Source of the DNA: an uncultured bacterium
GTDB taxonomy: Bacteria; Patescibacteriota; Dojkabacteria; J137
DNA: 64,000 nucleotides
Direction of reading: 5' to 3'
NCBI GenBank assembly: GCA_963700155.1
Contig: OY969472.1
Span: forward strand, 680,690 to 744,689
The notes below the pieces were generated by a model that was not told the origin of the DNA, ran no database searches, and saw only the letters and a list, made by a program, of their open reading frames with translations. A program made the translations under genes and the position numbers. Below are positions 1-8,045 of this stretch, one piece after another; position 1 is the stretch's first letter; each line of letters opens with the position of its first letter.

Positions 1-3000
1 ACCACAACAGCTTTAGCCGGAATGCTGAGATGGACTGGAAGTGATTTTCAAGGATATGATGGGAGTTCTTGGGTTTCTTTAACATCAGCTGGTGGAGGAT
101 CTCCATCGGGAAGCGATGGGTATTTACAATTTTATAATTCAGGTTCGTTTGGAAGTAGTGCTAATTTAAATTGGAATATTGCAAATAATTATTTAACGAT
201 AGGTTCGACTGCTGGTAATTCTGGCCTATTAAATTTAAGTCCAGCAACAACATCAAGATCTTCATTAAATATAGCTAGTTCAACAGGAACGAATGTCTCT
301 AGTCCAGCATCCGGAGATTTATGGTGGAATGGGACTAATCTTTATTTTAATAATGGATCATTAAATATAGACTTACTAGCAGCTGCTGGAGGTTCATGCG
401 CAACATGTTTTCATCAAGGTGGAGATACTTTTGGAGCAACTGCTATCCTAGGGACTGCGGATACACAAAATTTTAATTTGATTACTGATAATACAACTAG
501 ACTAGCGGTAGATAGCGCAGGATTATTTACAGTAACACCTGGAAACATTGGGGATTCTCAGTATGGTATTAATATAACAACAAATAATGATACTTCTGCT
601 ACAACATTAGGAGGAGGAGGAATATTATCAACTTTAAATATAACGAGTGGAACGTATTCTACTAGCACAAAAGGAATACAATCTTTGGCAAATTATAATA
701 GTTCAGGTACCTCTAGTGGTTCATTATCGGCATTCTATGGGACAACAACTATTAGCTCAGGAACTTTGAATGGAAGTGCAAATGGTATAGTTGTAAGCAC
801 GACTAATAACTCTGTGGTTACTAATTTTATGTTTGGCTCTCAAATAACAGCTTTAAATTTTGGAACAGCTGGTTTAGTTACAGGTGGAAGATTTTCTTCA
901 CAAAACATTGATGGAACAGCAACAAGTGTCCAAGGAGTCACTTCAGCACCATTTAATTCTGGAACAACTGATGTTATGAACGGTTATGCAGTATTGACAT
1001 TGAATGCGACTCAAAGTAATACAGTAGATGGAGTAATTACTGGGAATATGGCTGGATATTTTTCAAGCATGAATAATGCTGGGGAAGTGCAAGGTGACAT
1101 GTATGGTGGATACTTTATAAATGCTGGAACTGGCACAGCATCAAACATCTATGGACTAAGGGTATTAGATCTGAGTGCACAGACTGTTTCAGGTAATGCT
1201 TATGGAGTAATGATACAGGCTAGTGGGAGTAATACTGTTGCCGGATCAAATTATGGAATATATATAGATGATGTAAGTGGAGCTACAACAAATAATTATT
1301 CAATATATTCAGCAGGCGGAGATGCATTTTTAACAAATGGATTACATATTGGAAATACTTCAACTGCGACAGCTGGAAATATAAGATGGACAGGGACAGA
1401 TTTCGAAGGATATGATGGAAGCAGTTGGCTTTCTTTAACAGCTTCTGGTGGTGGAGGAGGAGGAAGTCCAGCAGGAAGTAACGGTGATCTTCAATTCTAT
1501 AATTCTGGCTCATTTGGAGCTAGCAGTAATTTAAATTGGAATAATGCAAGTGGATATTTAATTGTAGGTGCATCAGCTGGCACTAGTGGCATATTAAATG
1601 CTGGACCAGCAACAACTTCAAGGTCATCCCTAAATATTGCAAGTTCATCCGGAACTGATGTTTCAAGTCCTACATCAGGAGATTTGTGGTGGAATGGAAC
1701 AAATTTATATTTCTATAATGGTTCAACTAATGAAGATTTATTAGCTGCAGGTGGAGGAAGTTCACCTTGGTCGACTGATGCTAATGGTATTGTTTATAAT
1801 TCAGGTGGAAGAGTTGCAATAAATAATCAATTTAATAGTACGACTTCAAGTGATGTTAAAGGACTTGAAGTTGTAATTACTAATCAGGATGGAACAATTA
1901 ATTCTGCTGGATTGAGAGCATTGACTGCTCAAGCGTTTAACAATGGTAGTGGAGTAGCAAGTTATATGGATGGAGTATTTGGATCGGTAGTTGGTGATGG
2001 TACAGTTAATGGTTCCGTTTATGGAATGCGTTCTTGGATTGACAGCGGAATGACAATCACTGGAAATATAGAAGGTTTGCATATTGAATATGTAAGTAAT
2101 AGCAATACCGTAGATAATGCTTATGGAATTAATATTGCTGGTGTTGGAGATGGGGCTGTAAATAACTATGGAGTTTATATTGGTGATGTTAGTGGAGGAA
2201 GTACCAATAATTATTCAATATATTCAGCAGGCGGAGATGCATTTTTAACAAATGGATTACATATTGGAAATACTTCAAATACTACGGCAGGGAATATTAG
2301 ATGGACTGGTTCAGATTTTGAAGGTTATGATGGTAGTACTTGGAATTCGCTTACTTCAGGAGGTGGAGGAGGTTGTGCAACATGTTTCCATCAATCTGGG
2401 GATGCCTTTGGAGCTACCGCTGTGCTAGGTGCTACTGATTTTAATGAATTGAGTCTAATCGCTAATAACACTGAAGGAATACATATTTATACAGATGGTA
2501 GCACCGAAATCTATCATTTTACTCAATTCGATTCATATATGAACATAGCTTCAGTTTCTGATCCTGGAATACCTCAGCAGGGTGATTTCTGGTATAACGG
2601 AACAAATCTCTATTTTAATGATGGTTCTAACAATATAGATTTATTAGCAGGAGGAGGTGGAGGAAGTTCACCATGGACTAATTATCATGACGGTGATTTT
2701 GATCAGGATGGAATTACATATGATGGGATTGTGTATATTGCAGATACTAATTATGATGACCCTGTTGCTCACCAAGGAAGTTTAAGAATAGATTCAAATA
2801 ACTATGGGAACCTTACTTCAAATCAGAGTGCATTACAGTCAAGATTATTTAACTTTGATGGGGCAACTTCAAATTATATAATAAATTCAGATGTGTCGAT
2901 AATAAATTATGGGACTATAAATGAAGGACTTACTATAAGTAATATGACGATGGAAAATAGTGGAAGTGGTGTTACAGGTTATATGACTGGTTCTAGAGTT

Positions 3001-4101
3001 TGGTTAACAGGGGATGGAACTGTTAATGGAGATGTTGCAGGACAAGTGCTGCAAATGGAAGGCTCTATGAGTATTGGCGGTAGTTTGACAGGAACTAGAT
3101 ACAATTTTGGAAATACTAATTCTGTAGATACAGCATTTGGAATATATATGGATACAATGAATGCTGTTGGACAAATAAATCAATATGGACTTTTTATTGC
3201 TGATGTTGTTAATTCAAGTGGTGATAATTATGCAATATATACTAATGCAGGAGATGTCCATTTTGGAGGGAATGTAAATATTGGAGGAACTTGTACAGAT
3301 AGTAATGGTGGTGATGGAGGTAATGATGGTTGCGATGTTGCAGAAACCTTCTCATCGAATCAGAATTTACAACCAGGTGATGTAATAAAATTAGATTCAT
3401 CTGCCGGAGCTGGTTGGAAAGATATAATAAAAACAACTTCAAGTTCAGATCAGGTTATTGGAGTTATTTCAACAAGTCCAACAATAGTAATGGGAAATAA
3501 AGCATTCTCCGGAAGTAATGCTTATCCGGTTGGTTTAACTGGAGTATTGCCTACAAAAGTTATTGATGAAAAAGGGATGATACACAAAGGAGATCTTGTC
3601 ACAGTATCAAATACAGCTGGTAGAGGAATGAAGGCAAGTGCAGGAGATTCAACAATTGGAATTGCAATGGAAGATCAAACTAGTTCACTAGATACAATAA
3701 ATGTATTGATAAGTAGAAATAATGCTGCACAACCTGTTTCAAGTGGAGCAACAATGGATTCTGCTTTATTAGGATTCACACAGAAACTTCAAGGATTATT
3801 AAATATTAATGATAGTACAGTAACATTAGCAGGAATATTTGAAGCTGATGCAATTAGAACAAAGAGTTTAGAGATCACTTCAGATAAAGTTGGTCAAGTT
3901 AGTATTGGAATCGGAACTTCTCAAACTACACAGAGTATAGATGGTTTAGCATCTACTGCAAAAGTATTATTAACTCCAATCTCAGAAATTCCTTCTGGAT
4001 ATCAATACTGGGTTGAGGTACAAGATGGTCAGTTTGTAGTACATACAAACCAACCTGTTAATGATTCTGATTTGAAATTCAATTATTTAGTAGTAGACTA
4101 A
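1..4101 (+). CDS. Giant modular Gly/Ser/Asn-rich surface fibre/adhesin-like protein, 5'-truncated by the window; C-terminal region resembles an intramolecular-chaperone/autoproteolytic domain of phage-type fibres
   Basis: Frame is open from base 1 (TTTALAGM...). Repeated modules RWTGxDFxGYDGxxWxSLT, GDLWWNGTNLYF, CATCFHQxGDxFGATA and poly-Gly linkers. C-terminal DVAETF...VIGVISTSP...PVGLTGVLPTKV...KGDLVT...TIGIAME. Confidence 0.7.
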   Translation, partial: TTTALAGMLRWTGSDFQGYDGSSWVSLTSAGGGSPSGSDGYLQFYNSGSFGSSANLNWNIANNYLTIGSTAGNSGLLNLSPATTSRSSLNIASSTGTNVSSPASGDLWWNGTNLYFNNGSLNIDLLAAAGGSCATCFHQGGDTFGATAILGTADTQNFNLITDNTTRLAVDSAGLFTVTPGNIGDSQYGINITTNNDTSATTLGGGGILSTLNITSGTYSTSTKGIQSLANYNSSGTSSGSLSAFYGTTTISSGTLNGSANGIVVSTTNNSVVTNFMFGSQITALNFGTAGLVTGGRFSSQNIDGTATSVQGVTSAPFNSGTTDVMNGYAVLTLNATQSNTVDGVITGNMAGYFSSMNNAGEVQGDMYGGYFINAGTGTASNIYGLRVLDLSAQTVSGNAYGVMIQASGSNTVAGSNYGIYIDDVSGATTNNYSIYSAGGDAFLTNGLHIGNTSTATAGNIRWTGTDFEGYDGSSWLSLTASGGGGGGSPAGSNGDLQFYNSGSFGASSNLNWNNASGYLIVGASAGTSGILNAGPATTSRSSLNIASSSGTDVSSPTSGDLWWNGTNLYFYNGSTNEDLLAAGGGSSPWSTDANGIVYNSGGRVAINNQFNSTTSSDVKGLEVVITNQDGTINSAGLRALTAQAFNNGSGVASYMDGVFGSVVGDGTVNGSVYGMRSWIDSGMTITGNIEGLHIEYVSNSNTVDNAYGINIAGVGDGAVNNYGVYIGDVSGGSTNNYSIYSAGGDAFLTNGLHIGNTSNTTAGNIRWTGSDFEGYDGSTWNSLTSGGGGGCATCFHQSGDAFGATAVLGATDFNELSLIANNTEGIHIYTDGSTEIYHFTQFDSYMNIASVSDPGIPQQGDFWYNGTNLYFNDGSNNIDLLAGGGGGSSPWTNYHDGDFDQDGITYDGIVYIADTNYDDPVAHQGSLRIDSNNYGNLTSNQSALQSRLFNFDGATSNYIINSDVSIINYGTINEGLTISNMTMENSGSGVTGYMTGSRVWLTGDGTVNGDVAGQVLQMEGSMSIGGSLTGTRYNFGNTNSVDTAFGIYMDTMNAVGQINQYGLFIADVVNSSGDNYAIYTNAGDVHFGGNVNIGGTCTDSNGGDGGNDGCDVAETFSSNQNLQPGDVIKLDSSAGAGWKDIIKTTSSSDQVIGVISTSPTIVMGNKAFSGSNAYPVGLTGVLPTKVIDEKGMIHKGDLVTVSNTAGRGMKASAGDSTIGIAMEDQTSSLDTINVLISRNNAAQPVSSGATMDSALLGFTQKLQGLLNINDSTVTLAGIFEADAIRTKSLEITSDKVGQVSIGIGTSQTTQSIDGLASTAKVLLTPISEIPSGYQYWVEVQDGQFVVHTNQPVNDSDLKFNYLVVD
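1291..2278 (+). repeat. Exact 73-bp direct repeat (1291-1363 and 2206-2278) within the fibre gene
   Basis: aataattattcaatatattcagcaggcggagatgcatttttaacaaatggattacatattggaaatacttcaa occurs twice, identically. Confidence 0.9.
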
Positions 4102-4127
4102 AAATATCCTTTTTATAATAAGTAAAC

Positions 4128-4856
4128 ATGAGTAATAATGCACTTTCATTTGATATGAAAAACAGAATGCTGAATTTGGAACCTTCAAATAAGAATAATT
4201 CAATAAAACCTAGAAAAACATTTAAAGTCAGCAAAAAGAGCGTACTAATAACGTTACTTGTTTTAATAAATATTGGAGTTTTTCTTGGAGTCATATATTT
4301 AGTTTATAAAAATGTAACTCCAGTAAGCACTAATGATACATTAGGAAATAACAGCGAAATTGTAGATAAAGTAGCTAAGTTAATTACATTAGACCCAACC
4401 CAAACACCACAAGTTGGCACTATCAATGATGTAGACACTTTAAAACAAAATAATGTAGTTTTAGCACAAGTTTATAAAGATGCTCAAAATGGAGATTATC
4501 TCTTGGCATATACTGATAAATATATTATTTTCAGAGATAGCGAGAATAAGATAATTTATAATGGAGATTCCCCCTCTAAAATTATTAGTGATACACAAAA
4601 AAAAGTTACAGATAAGATAGCTTTGCTTGTTAAATCTGCAAAAATATTAACAGTTGATGATACAGAAGATCCACAACTTTCACCTGTGACAGATGATATT
4701 CTGCAAAACGCTGCGTCATCTGATTTCTATAAGGATGTGAAGAAAGATGATGTAATAGGTTTATTTTCTAAAAACCATATAATTGTAATTTATAGACCTA
4801 GTAGTGATAATTTAGTAAGTATGGGAAGTTATGAAACTGTAATTCATGTGTTGTAA
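4128..4856 (+). CDS. Membrane-anchored hypothetical protein with two tandem copies of a ~90-aa domain
   Basis: One TM helix (VLITLLVLINIGVFLGVIYLV). Two related halves: PQVGTIND...YKDAQNGD...IIFRD and PQLSPVTD...YKDVKKDD...VIYRP. Confidence 0.7.
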   Translation: MSNNALSFDMKNRMLNLEPSNKNNSIKPRKTFKVSKKSVLITLLVLINIGVFLGVIYLVYKNVTPVSTNDTLGNNSEIVDKVAKLITLDPTQTPQVGTINDVDTLKQNNVVLAQVYKDAQNGDYLLAYTDKYIIFRDSENKIIYNGDSPSKIISDTQKKVTDKIALLVKSAKILTVDDTEDPQLSPVTDDILQNAASSDFYKDVKKDDVIGLFSKNHIIVIYRPSSDNLVSMGSYETVIHVL

Positions 4857-6029
4857 TTACTTATTTATGTAGTTATAAATTGCTTCAGAAATGTTTTTAA
4901 TAGTATTTGCACCTTCATCCCATTCAATATTTTCATCCATTACAACTAGAACATAATCTGTTTTTTGTGACCACACGATTGCACCACCTTGATAACTTAC
5001 CTTGTCATCAGTTTTAAGTGTTCCAATTTTATTTGCAAAAGTTGTTCCAACAGGCAATCCAAGACCAACTCCTTGTCTTGCCCAATCATCAGCTTTTTCC
5101 ATTAATCCGATTAAATATTCAGCAGATTCTTTAGTCGTGGTTTTTGCATCGTACAAATCTTCGAGAATTTTTCCAACTGCTTTAGCAGTTCCTTCTGGCG
5201 GGTCTAAGAATAGGGGATTTACTCCTAACTCATTAATAATTCTAGGATTTACAACTTCGTAACTATTTCCTAAAAAATGAACTAAAGCATACCAAGCATT
5301 ATTATCACTGTGCTCTAATAGATTTTCTAAATAGCTTCGTATTGTGACTGGTGTTCCATCGGGCAAACTTCCTAAATTTCCTATGAATGAAAATTTTTCA
5401 CTATTTTTCATTGGATAAGTTGTATCTAAAGTATATTTACCAGCATCAATATCACGCATGACAAGAACTGCTACAGGAAGTTTAGCAATACTTGCCGGTT
5501 CTACAATTTTTCCTTTATTTATATCAAGTGTTTGTTCACTTAAAAGATCTTTAAAATGTATCGAGTACTGGTCATATTTATCCCCTAAAATCGCTATAAT
5601 TTGAGCTTCAAGAGGTTTTAAATCTAGTTGCTTAGGTATTAGACTAATTTCATAATCAACCTTTTTATTTTGGGAATCTATAAAGTTTAAGTTGTAATTT
5701 CCTTCAGAGTATTTATTTGCTGTCACTATAATTTTATTATTTGAAAATTTTATAAATTTAGGGAGTTTGCCGTTATCTTGAAAATTATAAGAGTTGTTAA
5801 TTTCAATTGAGTAATCTTTATTTGTTTGAAGCACTTTTTTTATCACAGTTGCTTCAGGTTTATTATTAATATCTTGAGGTGATGAAGCAGGTAAATCGCT
5901 CTCTAATGAATTTTCATTTTTGGTAGTAATTGTATTGAATAAAAAAAGTGCTTCGAGAAACAAAACTACGAGCAGAATAATAATTACAATGAGTAGTGCT
6001 TTTTTATTTAAATCGTTCAAATTAAGCAT
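4857..6029 (-). CDS. Membrane-anchored serine hydrolase, class A beta-lactamase/PBP-like fold
   Basis: N-terminal TM helix; SxxK (PASIAK), SDN and K-I-G (KTG-like) motifs. Confidence 0.85.
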   Translation of the reverse strand: MLNLNDLNKKALLIVIIILLVVLFLEALFLFNTITTKNENSLESDLPASSPQDINNKPEATVIKKVLQTNKDYSIEINNSYNFQDNGKLPKFIKFSNNKIIVTANKYSEGNYNLNFIDSQNKKVDYEISLIPKQLDLKPLEAQIIAILGDKYDQYSIHFKDLLSEQTLDINKGKIVEPASIAKLPVAVLVMRDIDAGKYTLDTTYPMKNSEKFSFIGNLGSLPDGTPVTIRSYLENLLEHSDNNAWYALVHFLGNSYEVVNPRIINELGVNPLFLDPPEGTAKAVGKILEDLYDAKTTTKESAEYLIGLMEKADDWARQGVGLGLPVGTTFANKIGTLKTDDKVSYQGGAIVWSQKTDYVLVVMDENIEWDEGANTIKNISEAIYNYINK

Positions 6030-6080
6030 TTAGTATTTTACCAGAGTCGAAATAATTTATCTTTATAAGATAATATAGTT

Positions 6081-6089
6081 TGCTATAAT
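6081..6089 (+). promoter_or_regulatory. Extended -10 promoter element TGCTATAAT
   Basis: TGnTATAAT 26 nt upstream of the ATG at 6116. Confidence 0.6.
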
Positions 6090-6115
6090 CTTTCCCAGTT
6101 TATACTTTTCTTAAT

Positions 6116-6631
6116 ATGATTCAAAAACAAGAAATAAATAATGATGTCATGGAAAGGCCAGATTCTGTAGATTCTTTAGATCAGGCAAAAAAGATTGTTA
6201 CTGCCTTAACTTTCGATCATATTTATGCAAAAAGTACTGACAGAAAATCATATTTCGGCTGCTATACATTTAATGAGCTAATTGATATAGAAATGAAACT
6301 AAATCAGATATCTGAACTCGGTTATACAGTTTATGGAATAACTTTTCACTGTGGAAGTGGAATTTTAATCGATGGAGTTAAGAAACTAACCAAAGTATTA
6401 AATATACGATTTAATGCACCTGATGGTCAATATCCATATGGGTTATTTATGGGAGGTAATTTAGATTATATTATTGGTTTAACTGAAATTGGAGAAGACT
6501 ATTCCGAATTTTCAGATATTGAATTACAAGATTTAACTTCAATTATAGAAAATATTTTTGGAGTTAAAATGATAAGAAGGACGAAAGATAGTTTAATCTG
6601 GTTATCAGATGCTGTTATAGGGAAATATTGA
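6116..6631 (+). CDS. Hypothetical protein
   Basis: 171-aa ORF filling an intergenic gap, with its own extended -10; no recognisable motif. Confidence 0.6.
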   Translation: MIQKQEINNDVMERPDSVDSLDQAKKIVTALTFDHIYAKSTDRKSYFGCYTFNELIDIEMKLNQISELGYTVYGITFHCGSGILIDGVKKLTKVLNIRFNAPDGQYPYGLFMGGNLDYIIGLTEIGEDYSEFSDIELQDLTSIIENIFGVKMIRRTKDSLIWLSDAVIGKY

Positions 6632-6637
6632 TCTTTA

Positions 6638-6646
6638 TGTTATAAT
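6638..6646 (+). promoter_or_regulatory. Extended -10 (TGTTATAAT) of rpsA
   Basis: Consensus TGnTATAAT upstream of rpsA. Confidence 0.6.
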
Positions 6647-6718
6647 TCTCAGGCATAAAGAAAGGAGTTTAGGGATATCTAAACTTAGATAAATTCAAAC
6701 CTTAAACTAAAATTTCAT

Positions 6719-7921
6719 ATGGCAAAAACAAAATATACTTCAACCCAAGTTGATGTTGACCAATTACTTCAAGGAATCGAAATTCCAAAAACCTATCAGA
6801 AAGGACAAATAATTGAGGGAATAGTTCTAGAGGTTAAAGGTGGTGAAATCCTAGTCGATGTTAATGCAAGAGCAGAAGGCGTTATTTCTGGAAAAGAAAT
6901 GAAGCTGGATGGCAAAAAAATTAACAAAAAAACTGGAGATAAAGTTTTAGTTTATGTCATGAGTCCAGAAAATGAAGAAGGACAAGTTCAACTTTCTGTT
7001 CGAAGAACAGGAACTGCAATTAAATGGCATGATCTTGAACAAGCTAAAGAGAAAGAGGAATCTATTGATGTCAAAGTTATTGAAGCAAACACAGGTGGTG
7101 TTATTGTTGAAATAACTGAGGGATTAAGAGGATTCATTCCAAGCTCACAACTAAAAAACAGCAGAATTTATGCTTCATCTTCATTTAATAATAAAAATGA
7201 AGCAAGCAAAATTTTACAAACAAAATTAGCTGAGCTTATTGGAGAAACTCTAAAGGTCAAAGTAATGGAAATTGATAAAGAAAAGAATAAAGTTATTCTT
7301 TCAGAAAAATCTGTTTACTCAGATACTGATTTGAATCAGAGAAGATCAACTCTTTCTAATTTGAAAGTTGGAGATATTCTCGAAGGAACAATAACAGGAA
7401 TCGCTCCATTCGGACTATTCGTTAATGCTCAAGGACTTGAAGGTCTTGTTCACTTATCAGAAATTTCATGGGACAAAGTTTCAAATCCTGCAGATTTCTA
7501 TAAGATAGATGACAAAGTCAAAGTTCAAGTTATTGGTCTTCAAGATAATGGAAAGAGAGTTGCTTACAGTATAAAGAGATTACAAAACGATCCTTGGAAA
7601 GATATCGTCAACAAGTATAAGATTGGTCAAATTGTTGAAGGTGAAGTAAAAAGTATTGCAGACTATGGGGCTTTTGTAAGAATAGAAGATGGCTTAAATG
7701 GATTAATCCATATTTCAGAGCTTTCTAATAAACTTGTGAAAGATCCATCTCAAGTTGTTCAAGTTGGAGAAAAGATAAAAGTAATGATTATCTCAATCTC
7801 AAATGATGACAGACACTTGGGTTTAAGTTTAAAGAGAATTAAGTCAAAAGAAGAAGTTTCAGAAGAAAGTTCTTCAAGAGAACTTGATGAGCTTGATAAG
7901 CTTTTAGAAGAAAATAAATAA
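6719..7921 (+). CDS. rpsA: 30S ribosomal protein S1 (four S1 domains)
   Basis: S1 motifs GFIPSSQL, FGLFV...GLVHLSEISW, YGAFV...GLIHISELS. Confidence 0.93.
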   Translation: MAKTKYTSTQVDVDQLLQGIEIPKTYQKGQIIEGIVLEVKGGEILVDVNARAEGVISGKEMKLDGKKINKKTGDKVLVYVMSPENEEGQVQLSVRRTGTAIKWHDLEQAKEKEESIDVKVIEANTGGVIVEITEGLRGFIPSSQLKNSRIYASSSFNNKNEASKILQTKLAELIGETLKVKVMEIDKEKNKVILSEKSVYSDTDLNQRRSTLSNLKVGDILEGTITGIAPFGLFVNAQGLEGLVHLSEISWDKVSNPADFYKIDDKVKVQVIGLQDNGKRVAYSIKRLQNDPWKDIVNKYKIGQIVEGEVKSIADYGAFVRIEDGLNGLIHISELSNKLVKDPSQVVQVGEKIKVMIISISNDDRHLGLSLKRIKSKEEVSEESSSRELDELDKLLEENK

Positions 7922-7945
7922 TTTTCTAGTCTTAAATTGCTTTAT

Positions 7946-7976
7946 AGAAGGGGCGCCGAAGGCGCCCCTTCTTTTT
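7946..7976 (+). terminator. Intrinsic terminator after rpsA
   Basis: agaaggggcgcc-gaa-ggcgccccttct followed by a T-run. Confidence 0.9.
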
Positions 7977-8007
7977 AATTTTAATCACTTAGAAACTAAA
8001 ATTATCA

Positions 8008-8016
8008 TGTTATAAT
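8008..8016 (+). promoter_or_regulatory. Extended -10 (TGTTATAAT) of clpC
   Basis: Consensus TGnTATAAT 29 nt upstream of the ATG. Confidence 0.6.
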
Positions 8017-8045
8017 AGATACTGCTAATTCTAAAAATTTTTCAT

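Noticed and set aside
1291-2278. Diversity-generating retroelement TR/VR pair
   Set aside because: The repeat copies are identical, with no adenine-specific mismatches; both are in-frame in one gene; and no reverse transcriptase is present in the window.
1-4101. Prophage tail fibre
   Set aside because: No phage structural, packaging or integrase genes downstream; the context is housekeeping. Upstream context is outside the window.
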